Shown piece after piece: positions 37,501-48,900 of a stretch of DNA of 64,000 nt. The notes under the pieces were generated by a model. That model was not told where the DNA came from. It saw only the letters and a program-made list of their open reading frames with translations, and made no database searches. The position numbers and the translations under genes were made by a program. The DNA is from Psammoneis japonica (lineage: Eukaryota): positions 372,001 to 436,000 of the forward strand of contig QPGO01000044.1 in assembly GCA_008632985.1 (NCBI GenBank). The letters are read 5' to 3'. The stretch's first letter is position 1. The number at the start of each line of letters is the position of its first letter.

Positions 37501-38491
37501 ATGTGGTAATGGGTGTACGTCGCCATGTGCCTGTCTGGAAGCAATCAAGACCGGTGTACTCCTATTCTCGCTTTCACTAGTACGACTGAATTGGATGATC
37601 CGAAAAGCCTTTGTTCACTTTTCCGCTGGTCCAGTTGTAATGCTATTCATTGCATTTCTTTTGGCGATGGTTATCGACTCTTGCTATGATTTCGAGTTCA
37701 AGGCATTGTCCTTCTCGTTTTTTCAGTTATGTGGGGTTGGCTTTCTCATACGCAACACACAATTTGTTATCATTGACCCTTCCAAGCTTTGCTCCTACCT
37801 CGCAAGCATCTGCAGGGCCGTTTTTAGAGATACCTTTCAGCAAGATTATTCGGATCTTGCATACGCAACTTGTGGCACCTTGTTTACATTGCTCATTCTA
37901 TATTGCAAGGGGGAATTCAAAAAGGAGGACGATTGGTTGAAGATCCGGTTAGTTTTGTCATGGCTTTCGTTTACGGAGTCACAATTGGACTGGCCATCTT
38001 TTGTCCCACCAACGGTGCAAGATCTGTTTGCTATATTAATCTTTCTTTTTTGGACGGCATGCTTGATATACGCAAGACGGTGGTTCATTCGTGACCTCCT
38101 TCTTGAGGTATGGGACTTCTATCGCTTTCCACAGCCGAAGGTGCCGACATTATGGAGAAGAAGGACCAGTAGGCGTATTCGAGCCACAAAGCTCAACATC
38201 ACACGTTTTGCAACAAACAGTGTAAAATTTATTTTTTCTAGTTTATGGTTAGCCTCTTTCGACAACACGACTTTAGAGGCTATGTACGGTGGTGACAAGA
38301 CACGGAATAATAGGTGCGAAAATCGAACTTGTCACCACAGCGACACGACGGAGCGAGCAATTTCCAATTGTTCCGGAGGCAAACTCGCCTTTTATTGCTC
38401 CAACAAGTGTCAATTACAAGATTGGAAGGATCGGCACCACGCAGTCTGCAAACAAGCTAAGATAGCGCGAGCGAAAGGCGCGGACAGGTAG
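34571..38491 (+). CDS. Large chimeric protein: N-terminal multi-TM region + TIR domain + unknown region + multi-TM region + C-terminal MYND-type zinc finger
   Basis: Intact 1342-codon ORF (likely ATG 34571); TIR: PLVFISHTG..DAFLDE..LVILSPSYIKREFCVKEL..VLPALW; MYND: CENRTC..CSGGKLAFYCSNKCQLQDWKDRHHAVCK. Confidence 0.85.
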   Translation: MRHRELRQDPASHALWALLSGTVGAIAACFGKLAFWLARKDGDASLCPTAFVTLWKDCLMGSSLSENTSSSLDLDFPSCALTWIQYHGWTVLECLFCIGVLLASNAGRLSYCFVGGIEECDNNIEGTALATFLVTSLLGLVLFQDFFDTGCSDGMERALNSFIVILVTALAAPRRNPKYDTTWLHDGKRKQVGILTLPNAGRRWPMSSKPLVFISHTGHDNVKEDIGRPTYWYLKNILQVDAFLDESSTTTGDTKLEALVPPAYQCTHALVILSPSYIKREFCVKELNLFMRRLRSNDGIRVLPALWLIKNADGYHPDVGDLIWIRHDTPAAIKYMVQTLWPELSLLLDKGEISERKCEESLVNFVEEHRRGPKRASQDQLEFAMDRALPQLVSETDSVSSSSSSTSSESDSLVAGVMFSRIYKDEDREWNTRVYKMKRQIQYNLRLITKYGYVRDGDIYMKKKGLFRGVVTLNCRIELGESLTDNDRKEVIEAAKSIARMLREAGTTEAELEHIMVGHAWKGSLQILLEARTATFETLFALLLKSGFNMPLHNGMALVDLTPAFVVRGALLKSIPDKRTDVLLLKTEEIEFLLPTSPWSRSELLSGGIPYGDWENPNISVQKQFLTTSNSLEVVDDTPTEFNLHSRWLQEKKAVGEVLKQRKRERGPPKEGDDEDAKARKDEEEEIKKLDDAQDFRDYHQRKIRDHLETINDYLGVGKGLKAILFGEESFFVRKQRIRDWAEIMKQAEIAKDAKYPGYYEARTVDTARIGCLVFVKRVCTVAEKDAVDEGREVSYKDFFGTQELQTILETILPMDKANALFKIDALWYSAGFIGEKWNLTNDTQSDQLIELQKIKKWREIRERRELPSGRPDGAISGKIFRLVFHPTEGFDHLKCWLRPTVPPDFKPDFDLRWRDWLHWISSLITVLWLLALLLLPANMDLICKLGVKDSASARSPTLSSTMSEASSLTINDRDRKCGNGCTSPCACLEAIKTGVLLFSLSLVRLNWMIRKAFVHFSAGPVVMLFIAFLLAMVIDSCYDFEFKALSFSFFQLCGVGFLIRNTQFVIIDPSKLCSYLASICRAVFRDTFQQDYSDLAYATCGTLFTLLILYCKGEFKKEDDWLKIRLVLSWLSFTESQLDWPSFVPPTVQDLFAILIFLFWTACLIYARRWFIRDLLLEVWDFYRFPQPKVPTLWRRRTSRRIRATKLNITRFATNSVKFIFSSLWLASFDNTTLEAMYGGDKTRNNRCENRTCHHSDTTERAISNCSGGKLAFYCSNKCQLQDWKDRHHAVCKQAKIARAKGADR

Positions 38492-38763
38492 TATGATTGA
38501 AATGCTTGCACACAACTTTCGGTAGATATACTGGAGGATTCGGGAACAATGGAAAAACACTGATTCTAACGTTTGTTGTAGCTAGTGAGGAGTGCGGTTT
38601 CTCCACCAGTACTTTGTAACGGAAACGGCTGAACGACAATTCATGACGCCGTGAAGATTCCAAGAAAACACATCATTGATTCGTCACTACTTTGCGACCT
38701 ATGAAAGTAGTCAAATATGAAATAGAATAGAGAAATAATAGTGGGAGCTATCAAGCTAGTTCG

Positions 38764-40144
38764 TTATCGAAATCTTCCAAAACCGTCGCCATCAATCAGG
38801 TCGCCAAACCCTCCTGTAAGATTGCTGCCTTCACCCGTTCGACGACCACCCGCAGAGGGAGCATTGGCAAGAATGCGATCTGCTAGACGCGAAAAGGGCA
38901 AACTCTGTAACCAAACAGTGCCAGTCCCTGGAGTGTCGCTAAAAAGATTCCTTCCCCTCCAAAAAGTATGCTTTTCAAGCCTGGTGCCAGTTCCACACTA
39001 AAATCAATGCCGTCGGTAAACGCCACGACACATCCCGTGTCAACTCGTAATTTTTCTCCACGCAATTCTCGCCTGACAAGAGTACCACCCGCATGAATAA
39101 ATGCCATTCCGTCACCCTTTAACTTTTGTAGAATAAAACCCTCTCCACCAAACAAGCCACTGCCGAGACGCCGGTTGAAATGAATCGAAACCTTGGTGCC
39201 GTACGCCGCACACAAGAATGCGTCCTTTTGGCAAATCAACTTTTCTCCATGGGCACCCATATTGACAGGAATAATGGTCCCTGGATACGGAGCCGCAAAC
39301 GCCACTCGGTTCTTTCCCTGTGGAGCCTCGTTGGTAAAGTGCGTCAAAAAGAGCGATTCACCCGTAAGGAGACGTCCAGCGGCTCCCAGAATTTTTCCAA
39401 AAAATCCCTGCGATGGATTGGACCCATCGCCTAGCTTGGCCTTGAAGCTAATGTCATTTTCCATAAACATCATGGCACCAGCTTCGGCAATCACCGTTTC
39501 GCCGGGATCCAGCTCGACTTCGACGAGTTGCATGTCGTTGCCCTTGATTTCGTAATCCACCTTGTGACATTTTGTTGGATTGCCTTCGCTTATCGTAGTA
39601 GAGGCAGTCGTAACCTGTGTGGCTTGTATCGGTGCGCTTGAATAAACGCTACTGTCGTATTTGCTTGGATAGGTTGTCGTCGTCGAGGTAACGACAGCAC
39701 CGGTATTATGATTGGAAGAAGAATAAGACGGAGTCACTGGTGGAGGACGTCGAGAGCTGTACTGAAATCAGGAACTCGTCCTTGTGTTTTTGCTTGCTGT
39801 TGAGCCGAATTCTGCCCGTAGCTATTCGATGCCGTTGATGGTGCATAAGAGTATGGTGTCGATGATGAAGAGACATTCGTTGTACTGTTCGACGGTGGCC
39901 TTGTCGAGTAGGTTGGTACTGTCGAGGTACTGGTGATTGGAGGGCCATAGGCAGAAGTCGAAGACGTCGCAGCGTAAGACGAAGACGGTGCAGCGTACGA
40001 AGAATAGGTATGCTGCTCTACCGGTGCTGTTGGTTTTGGAGATGAACTTGAATAGGTTGTTCCTGACGTTGCTGTTGTCGATGACGCTTGTGGTTGCGTG
40101 CTGCTGTATTGATACACTTGGGGAACATAAGGAGCCGCGACCAT
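38764..40144 (-). CDS. AIM24: AIM24 (TIGR00266-like) family protein with a Ser/Thr/Tyr-rich N-terminal extension; frameshifts near 39740 and 38930
   Basis: [79 protein letters not shown], then [15 protein letters not shown] in the next frame. Confidence 0.9.
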
Positions 40145-40639
40145 TGAGTTTTTCTTTGTTTGTGTTTCTTGGAAACGAATTTTATGTCAGCAGTCAGCGG
40201 AATGCCGTTTGCCAAGGAGTTCTGGAGAGGTCGCGAGAGCGAAACAAGACTGACATTTCGCCCTCGAGCCATTTCGTGGTTTCGATTCGTGAATGAAAAA
40301 GTGAAGCGAGAGTCAGACTTCGAATCTGATATCCGGTGATGAAGAATTTTAATAATCTAAAGACTCAATCGACTAAAATTTTCAATATCCGGGTATTTTT
40401 GTGTACTACCAAATTCCTGTAGGAATCACGTAGAAAAGGATGACGTCTCCAGTTCCACTGCGCACAATTCCACGAAAATTCGCGCGGTAACCACGAGTCG
40501 ACCGACCGCTACGTAGCTTTTCATATATTCTACGTACGAACGTGCCGATGATACAAGAACGGAATCCAAAAAGTTCAACCAGCGTTGACGAACACTTCGT
40601 CTCATACTTTGCCTCTAACGCAATTATCAACCAACCAAG

Positions 40640-41371
40640 ATGAAGCTTGCTGTCGCCGCTCTCCTCGCCGGTTCCGCCGCTGCGTTGCTCCTGCCGCCCA
40701 AAAGGCAACCAGCACCCAGCTCAATGCTTTTGAAAACGAAATTGGTGCCCAAGCTCCTCTTGGATTCTACGTAAGTAGAAAGATGCGTGACAGATATGGC
40801 TGAATCCAAAACCACACCCGCCATTCATTGGAACACATTGATGCGTCTCTAACGTTCTTTTCTCGCTATTGATTTGTTCGATTTACGCAGGATCCTCTTG
40901 GACTCCTCACCGATGCCGACCAAGAACGCTTCGAGCGCCTCCGTTACGTCGAGCTCAAGCACGGCCGTATCGCCCAGCTTGCCTTTTTGGGCCAGATTGT
41001 GACCCGTGCCGGAATCCACCTTCCAGGAAGCATCGACTTGGAGGCAACTCATTCGACTCCTTCCCCGATGGTCTTGCCGCCATTTCCGGCCCTGACGCTA
41101 TCCCAAGCGCCGGATTGGGACAAATCATCTTGTTCATTGGTGCTCTTGAGCTTTTCGTCATGAAGGATGTTACCGGCGAGGCTGAGTTCCCTGGTGATTT
41201 CCGTAACGGTGCTCTTGACTTTGGATGGGACGAATTCGGACCCGAAACCAAGATTCGCAAGCGTGCCATTGAGTTGAACAACGGCCGTGCCGCCATGATG
41301 GGAATTCTCGGACTCATGATGCACGAGCAAATGATGGAAACCCGGTCATTGGATTGTTCATTGAATACTAA
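40640..41371 (+). CDS. LHCF: Fucoxanthin-chlorophyll a/c binding protein (Lhcf); intron 40771-40890; apparent 1-nt indels near 40685, 41040 and 41330
   Basis: MKLAVAALLAGSAAA presequence; GAQAPLGFYDPLGLL, RLRYVELKHGRIAQLA, RAIELNNGRAAMMGILGLMMHE. Confidence 0.95.
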
Positions 41372-42181
41372 GCAAAAATAGCTCTTTGACGATAGAATGT
41401 TGCGTTTAATCAGGACTTTTGTTGATACAGTAGCATGTTTGTTGCAGCTGCAATTGCGTGTTCCCCATGCTAGATTACCGTAAAAAAATGCATGCACGGC
41501 GAAAGCGATGGAAAGAGCCACGTTTCTTTCCGACCCTGTTTGTCAGTTAGAGAGTTCACGTGTCAACAAACTAGTTTGTCTTGACTGAACTGACAACGGT
41601 GGCGGCCGACCAAACGATTGAATTTTTGATCGTCGATTCTAGCCTCACAACGTGTTGTTGTTGTTGGCTGCGCTGGAAACTTGCACGGCATTTCAGCAGT
41701 TTCCCAGTTGGATGCGATGCCGTGGATTGCAGCAAAGGATTTGCCACCTGACTAGAGATGCCAACTGGAAGACTGATTGAGGAGAGCCTTTGAACTTTCA
41801 AATTGCTTTGGTGGTTTCAGACATCCGCCATTAAGACAGGGTCGCCACACGAAGACACTTGTTGTCGTCATCAGCTCATTCTTGTCGATAGAGTTTGCAA
41901 GATCATGCAGCTGCTTGATGCCAGCATGTAATACAGCAAAAAACGATCCAAGGCTACAACGGAAACTCTAGGCTTACAGAATTACAATGATCCAACATAA
42001 TAGTAAGAAGTGCCTTTTGTCCAAGGTTTCACCCCTTTTTTCTTTGGTGGCTCCTTTCAATTGTCCTACTGGTCATCTTCTGTCTTCATCATACAAAGAA
42101 AAGTCCGCCCCAAAGCGTGTTGATTCCCAAAATATTATTATTTTCACAACGAATTTACGTCAATCATCCGATCACCCGTCC

Positions 42182-42877
42182 CTACTTCTTGCGTTGCCTG
42201 GCCTGTTTCTTCTTTGGAGACTCATCCTCCTCCTCGCTTTCTTCGTCCTCGTCATCCTCCTCCTCTTCTTCCTCATCGTCCTCTTCTTCCAACTCCTGTT
42301 CCTCCACTACACCGGCCCCGACATAGTGCTCTTGTTGTTCTTGCTCTGTGATTGTATCGAGCGCACGCTGTTTCCACGCTTGCTTTTCCAAATCACTCAC
42401 TTGGGCCCATTGCTTGGCGACAATGCTAATCAAGTCTTTGGACGGCAGCGTAGGATTGTGCTCTCTTATGGATGGATAGTTTTCTTGCACAAAGAGCGTA
42501 TAAGCCGTGTGTTTGCGTTTGGGAAGGTTGGGGTTGCGCGGTCGCTTGCGTTTCTTGGCCTTGCGACCGCGTTTGCGGCCCTTGTATTTAGGAATTCCAT
42601 TCTCGTCCAGCGGCGCCATTTCGATGGGGTCTAATTCTAACAATGAAACAAGAATAGAAGTAGGGGTAACGTAAGTTGTAATTGAATACAAAACACAATC
42701 ACCCATCAAAAAATACCTCCCATCATCAATCTTACCGTAAGCTTGCTGCTCTTCTTCCGTCACACCAAACTGAATCGCCATGGCCTCTGCCTGCGCATAA
42801 AGACGCTTGGCACGATCTTCAGCCATGTCGGCCTCGCACCGAAGAAAGGCAACCAAGGCGGCGGTGCTGGTGCTCAT
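42182..42877 (-). CDS. HMG-box protein with basic linker and acidic tail; probable in-frame 99-nt intron 42735-42637
   Basis: NPNLPKRKHTAYTLFVQE..IVAKQWAQVSDLEKQAWKQRA HMG box; KRGRK basic motif; poly-E/D tail. Confidence 0.9.
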   Translation of the reverse strand: MSTSTAALVAFLRCEADMAEDRAKRLYAQAEAMAIQFGVTEEEQQAYGKIDDGRYFLMGDCVLYSITTYVTPTSILVSLLELDPIEMAPLDENGIPKYKGRKRGRKAKKRKRPRNPNLPKRKHTAYTLFVQENYPSIREHNPTLPSKDLISIVAKQWAQVSDLEKQAWKQRALDTITEQEQQEHYVGAGVVEEQELEEEDDEEEEEEDDEDEESEEEDESPKKKQARQRKK

Positions 42878-43059
42878 GGTTGATTTTGTTTTGTTGCCCT
42901 GGATGGTGGATGTTATCCATAGTATTCAGTCATGTATGCTCTCAAGAATCATTTTATGAATGCTTGAAAAAAGATTACCAGTAAAATCATAATAGCATAT
43001 TAATTTATCTCAAGAATGAAGATCAATAATTAAAATTAACAGCAGCAAATGCCGCCTGT

Positions 43060-44657
43060 AAGGATCAAAGCCACACTGCATGCCTTCGGACCCTGCCAAG
43101 CAACAGAAGGCTGCAAACAATGTTACAAACTGCTTTGCCTTGATGCAATTGACAACAGGCAATGACAGTTGACAAAGGATCGAGCTTTGTCAATCTGTCA
43201 AAGCCTTGGTGCAAAGTGACGGGGGGGGGCTGTTGGGTGACATGCTCCAGCCAGTGCCAGAGAGGTGCAAAAAAACGACACAATTTCCTTGAAGTTCACT
43301 GTCAACCATGACCAAATGATGCATTCTTGTGTTCCAAGGACCTGTTTCTTGATGAGAGGCAAACTCCCAAAAAAAAGCAAGAGCTTTTGTTTTGCTCTTT
43401 GTCCAAAACAAGGAAAACACTCTGACTTGTTGTTGATTTGTGAGCTCCCAATGCGCACTTGTGCAAACAAGCAGAAGATTTGTTCAAGTTGTTTGCTCAC
43501 AAGGACAAACAAAAAAATTCTGCAAATCAATGACCCTTTGTGCTGTGCAGAGCGGCTGGCAAAATGAAGGTGGAATGGGAAAAGCAGCCGCTTGTTTTGG
43601 TGCGCTCAAGTGGGTTTTGTTGGTGCGCATCAAAAGATCTGCAGCTGAATGAAGACATTGTTCTCCAATCATCAAAGCGGTCACAAGCTGGCAGCCATGC
43701 AAAAATCCTGCTCAAATGCCTTTTTTTTTATGTTGTGTTCACACATGCGCAGCTGGAACATGTCACTGGTGGGGTGCTGTGCACTGCTCACATGAAAATG
43801 TTTTGTTCATGCACCGAGTGTTGTTCGTGTGTGTTCCCAAAGCCTTTTTTCTGCACGTTTGTGAGAGCAAAAATGGGCACAAAGTTGAACAGAGGCAGCT
43901 CTGGAGTGGTTTTGATGGAGAGCCACAACAAAAGGGCAATGTCAAACAAGCCATCTCTTGTTTGGCCGCCTGCTCGCACAGCATCGGCCACCTTCTCTCT
44001 CTCTCTCTCTTGCACGCTGCTGGCGGCACAGCGAAAAAAAAAAGCAAGTGCAACGCCAGGTGGGTGTTCATGTTAAGAATGCACCAAGTTAAAAAAAAAT
44101 GAGAGACCAGTGATTGGTTGTGGGGAAGGGCATGCGACAACACAGCACAGCCCACATTTTCTGAGAGCTGGCACTTTTGGAAGTGTGGTGCTGAGCTGTT
44201 GCCTCCTCTCTGGCCGACCGCAGCAGGGCCTTGTGGAGAAACAGAGAACAAATCATTTGCAGTGTCAGGTGTCAAATGTAAAATGTGACATTTGTTGCAT
44301 CAATGTTGTGGAGGTGTTGACACCTCACTGTTGCATCTCTCTGCTGGGGCTCACCCCGCCCTGGATGATGTCACCCATTTTGCCGCAGGCGCGTGATGTT
44401 GCGCACAAATCGCAAGTCGGCATTGAGGAGTCGTGATTGAGTCGTGAGTGGGGTGTTCCCGCGTTCAACCGTTGGTGGCTGATCCGTTCAACGCACCTCG
44501 CGTTCGGTGCACCCGAAAACCATCACAACAGTCCGTGATCGTCCTTGTCTTCATGCAATTGACTCTTTGCTTCACTTGCATTTCCATTGTTGCCACATCT
44601 CTTCGCACATCATCATGTGCCCGGACGCAGCGGGGTTGACCAAGAGAAAGACAAGAG
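43060..44657. other. Hypermutated block 4, including a TpA-free but CpG-rich right margin
   Basis: Same signature; no TA between 44281 and 44657. Confidence 0.85.
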
Positions 44658-46027
44658 TAAAGCGATCACGAGCAGCGACAACTCGATCAGGAGACAAGTT
44701 CATTTCGGCTCGACCAGGGAACCGCAATGTCGTAGATGTGTTCCTCTTGCTCTTCATCACATTCCTAGCTATTTACTTCTTTTGCTTTAGTCGACTGGTA
44801 CGATCCTTGCCAGACTCCGCTTCACCAATCGAACGGGAAAATCAAATCATGGGCGAGAATCTTAATGTGGCAAAGACTGAATGGAATGCTCAGGAAAGAT
44901 CGGCATTTAATACTGCTCATTTTGGTCACAGCACTTCAGGATCTAGAAATTGGCTTGTTTCAAAGAGGGGCTTCAGAGGAAATCCTTCGAATCTCTGGTC
45001 TCGTCGTGAACACACCGGTGGAGGACTGATGAGCCGCTGGGGAACTGCCAGCCTGACCGATACATTGACTCGGACACAATACCAACCAAACCGAAGAACA
45101 TTCATTTGGGAAGATACAGTGATTCCACCAAGAGCCCTACGAAGACGAAGGAGATTCATGGAATATGATTCGGCGACTCATGCGAACAGGACTAGGACGG
45201 GCAAGATCATTTACTTTCTACATATCCACAAATCTGCAGGAACTGCAATGTGTCAGGCAATGAAAGCAGCTGGACTCAGTAGCAATTACCGATATCCAAC
45301 AAATTGCCTTGTACAAAGGGACCAGCGTTGTTGTGGTAGAAGTGACACGCTCGAGGCGCAAAGAGAGTTTGCAAACAGGACGAGATTTGACTTTGTGGCA
45401 AACGAAAGAGACATGTACGAGGCGATGGACACGGAAAGTTACTATTATACAACAACCCTACGAAAATCTCGTGATCGGTACTTTTCCCATTTCAGTCATG
45501 TCGTGCGACAAGCAAATGATAGAGAAAGACTCCTCACATTTCGTGAATGGTACAGCCGACAGCCTGACAACTGGAACACGCGAAAGATTTGTGGGACTCG
45601 TTGTTCACAGATACCGAAGTTTCAGCTCTCTAGAGAAGACTTTTCTTACACGGTCGAGCGGCTGAAACGTTTCTCGGCCATCCTTTTCCAAGAAACCTTT
45701 GATGCGTCCTTGAACAAGTTTGCAGATCGATTTAATTTGACTTTGCCAGAAGACATGCAAAAGACGAGAAACGTGGGAAAGAAATTGGAGGGTCAACACG
45801 AAGATCCTGATGATTGGGATCCGCTCATGTCCAGTCTTGATGACGCTCTCTATGAAATCGCTATGAGATTGGAGGAGGGCAGGAGATCAGGGGCTAACGA
45901 TCTTCCGACACAACGTGTCGCCGACCTTCCAATGGAACGTGAACACATGTTGGACGAGTACTTTTTAGAAGGGAAACAGCGAGCATGTCCAAATCCATGC
46001 TGTGCGTCAGAATGCTCATTGTACTGA
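44615..46027 (+). CDS. Golgi-type (type II membrane) sulfotransferase-like protein
   Basis: TM anchor; YFLHIHKSAGT (5'-PSB-like) and TTLRKSRDRYFSHF (3'-PB-like). Confidence 0.8.
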   Translation: MCPDAAGLTKRKTRVKRSRAATTRSGDKFISARPGNRNVVDVFLLLFITFLAIYFFCFSRLVRSLPDSASPIERENQIMGENLNVAKTEWNAQERSAFNTAHFGHSTSGSRNWLVSKRGFRGNPSNLWSRREHTGGGLMSRWGTASLTDTLTRTQYQPNRRTFIWEDTVIPPRALRRRRRFMEYDSATHANRTRTGKIIYFLHIHKSAGTAMCQAMKAAGLSSNYRYPTNCLVQRDQRCCGRSDTLEAQREFANRTRFDFVANERDMYEAMDTESYYYTTTLRKSRDRYFSHFSHVVRQANDRERLLTFREWYSRQPDNWNTRKICGTRCSQIPKFQLSREDFSYTVERLKRFSAILFQETFDASLNKFADRFNLTLPEDMQKTRNVGKKLEGQHEDPDDWDPLMSSLDDALYEIAMRLEEGRRSGANDLPTQRVADLPMEREHMLDEYFLEGKQRACPNPCCASECSLY

Positions 46028-46521
46028 TGAATCATCTTTGAGCTGATTCACTTCTTTACTCTGCTTTTGGATTTCTGGTTCGTCTCCCGCCCTTGCGATT
46101 TTGCGATTCGGCTTCAGACGGTACAGTACGAGTACGAAGTGAGGGCATACTGCAGTACCGAGGTTTATTTTAATAAACCCTTCAGTACTTAATAAGTTAA
46201 TTCAAATAGTATCAGAATATTGTACTTTCCTTACATTATGGTTTATACGGTACTCAATGTAGGACACTTTCACCATGGTGAGGAATAGCACTCTGGACTC
46301 CCACTCCAATGTCAGCCACTTTGCGGCGAGCGCGGCGAAGCGCGGGGCGGTTGCAGCATCATGCCATTTGCTTCTTTCTGCCGTCGATCCACGATCCACT
46401 TTTGCAACTACTAGTAGAGTAGCTACTAGAGTAGTAGTCGGAGTAGGAGAGCATCTCGTTGCGTATAGACAGCACTCGCAGCCCACTCATGCTAAATGGT
46501 AACCAGTGACAATGAGTAGGA

Positions 46522-48900
46522 ATGGCATTCAAAAGTTTTGCCATCAGAACACGGGCAGCAGTAATACTGCTGCTACCGTGTCTTTGTATTGCTTCGCTGC
46601 TTTGCATTCATTTTGTTTTCTCGGGTTTGCGAACCGACTCGCCGTCTTGGAGCAAGGAAATTCTTGGGAAGAAAGCAAAGGATGAATATGCAATGTCTGT
46701 ATTTGTGATTCCTCACATGGAAGAGAGCAGTGATGCAGACACAAACATTGTCGGCAAACACTTGTTTCACGATGGAGTGGCTCAGTCATGTTTCTTGAGG
46801 AGAGCCGAAACCAACTGGATGAGAATTTAGTATGGATTGTCCATTCACCACTTTTGCGAGTGACCTAGGAGGTGCTACTTCGTCCAGACTATTTCAAAAG
46901 AAAGGACGTGGGAGAAAGAAAAGAGAAAATGTCAACTTCAATTGGTGTGCCGAGTTGCTCGACAAGATCAAAAAGGTTCAAAACGAACGAAGCAAAGTTG
47001 CGGGTTAAGCATTTTGTGGCCGATTTATTTTGTTGACAATAAAGACTCTAGTCGAACACTCACTGTAGGCTGGTGGAAGAACACATGGAGAATGTACAGT
47101 ATCACCAACGAAGTATTGTAATAAACCGCCGCTTTGACCGAAAGACCCAATGGGTCAAGCTGGGAACGCGGTTAAAGCACGAAAACATGTCCTTTTTTCA
47201 CAAGCCTATCGGAGTGCGGACCGATGTCATTGAAACTATAGAGGAGGTTCTTGAGGAGAGCTCTGTTTCCCTCGTGGATGCCATTGAAAAAATTCCTCGA
47301 GATACTGACGTGGCGTACTTTTGGGAGCTAAATGCTACCAACGAGGGTGATGCGGTGCAACACAAAGGGTTGCGTGATGTTGTTTATGGATCTTGCAAGA
47401 CATGCAACAAACCAATAGACTTAACATTTACTGGGCGTGACGGGTGATCGTGGTATCACGGACGTCGGGAGGTGTCTTTAAGTTATATCGGGGTTTACTA
47501 AAGTGCAAAATCGTAGTTCTTGCCCAACGCGATGAATGGGAGGATCATTACGTTTGATGGAGGCTCTCGTTGCCGGACCCCTTGTCATGACGGACAAGAT
47601 GTTGTCTTTACCAGAGGGTCTAAAAGACGGGTTTTCAATAATCGATACTCGAGCGCCGACGATTTGAGAGATAAGGTGGATTACTATCTACAGAATGACA
47701 TGGAACGAATTGAAATCGCAGGCCAAGGAAGACGCGTAGCCATGTCACGCTATAGATCGTGGCATCAGCTTGAGCAAATCATTTATGGTCGCATAATGAC
47801 GGCTTGTTCAGGACAAGAATGCATGACGGTCAATACGTCCAGAACTAGCAGTGCCGACCAACAACCCGAGCCGAAGCTGTTACGACAGGATTCAGAAACG
47901 AGCAGCGATGTCCCGTCTGTCATCGACCTGGAACAACGCCATGGCGTGATGATTTGTGCGGGTAGAGGCACTACTGCGACGAGAACAGTATTTGAAGCAA
48001 CATGTCAATTGGGAATACCTTCTGTACACTGGAAGATGTATTGCGTTCCGAGCTCAACCAACAAAGGTGCTGTGACCGGAACAACGAATCTTGGGGTGGA
48101 TGGAGATTCAATCCAAGCTGGTCTTGCTGCTCATCGAGCTCTGAGAAGAGTTTTCTCTCCATGTCTTCCTGTCTAGACGAAAGCAGTCCTTGCCCTGAGC
48201 TTGGCGAATGGGTACGAAAGTTAAAGAGCTTGTGGACGCGGTTGTTGATAGCGAAATACAGGCACTTCATGACACACCGTACCCTTTTATCATGTCATAT
48301 CTGCTGAATTCGACCCATAAACGCAACTTGGAACCTCCGACAATTTTGCTGTCAGAACGCGACCCAAGGATTGGACACAAAGTCGAGTATGCCCAACAAG
48401 AAATTATGTGGATTGGACCCAATATGCAAGGAGCAATTTGTGGAAGACGGAGGCCCGTTCGATATCTTTTCGTGCATAAATCGTGCGTTGAACGAATAAA
48501 GTCTGACAATCACTCTGACCTTGAATTTCGAGATTTGTTTACAATGTGAGGGCGTTGGCAGACAGTGGAAACTCGGATGAGATTGCATTCGCGATGAAGG
48601 TGTACCAAGATTGGCTCCGTCCATTACAAACTTTACGGTCAATGTGTTTGAAAGAGCTGGTGATCGTGTAACAGTGACGGTCTGGCAATGATATCTCACA
48701 GGCAATTCGAATAGAGGGATTTGGGTCAGAGTCACCGACAAAGCTGAAAATATCCAGAGACAGTGATGCTATTCGGCATCTTTACACGGAAATTCTGCAA
48801 TTGCATTCGGCCGACCAAGAGGTCGAAGGAAACGAGGAAACCCTGCTGCCAAATGATTCGGGAAAACTCAAGTGTATTACGAATCCAGCATACGACGACT
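46522..48900 (+). CDS. Heavily frameshifted gene or pseudogene: TM anchor + GT-B glycosyltransferase-like domain + sulfotransferase-like P-loop domain; 3' end uncertain
   Basis: KIVVLAQRDEWEDHY-LMEALVAGPLVMTD (47505-47600), DLRDKVDYYLQNDMERIEIAGQGRRVAM, then VMICAGRGTTATRTVFEATCQLG and ILLSERDP. Confidence 0.6.
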
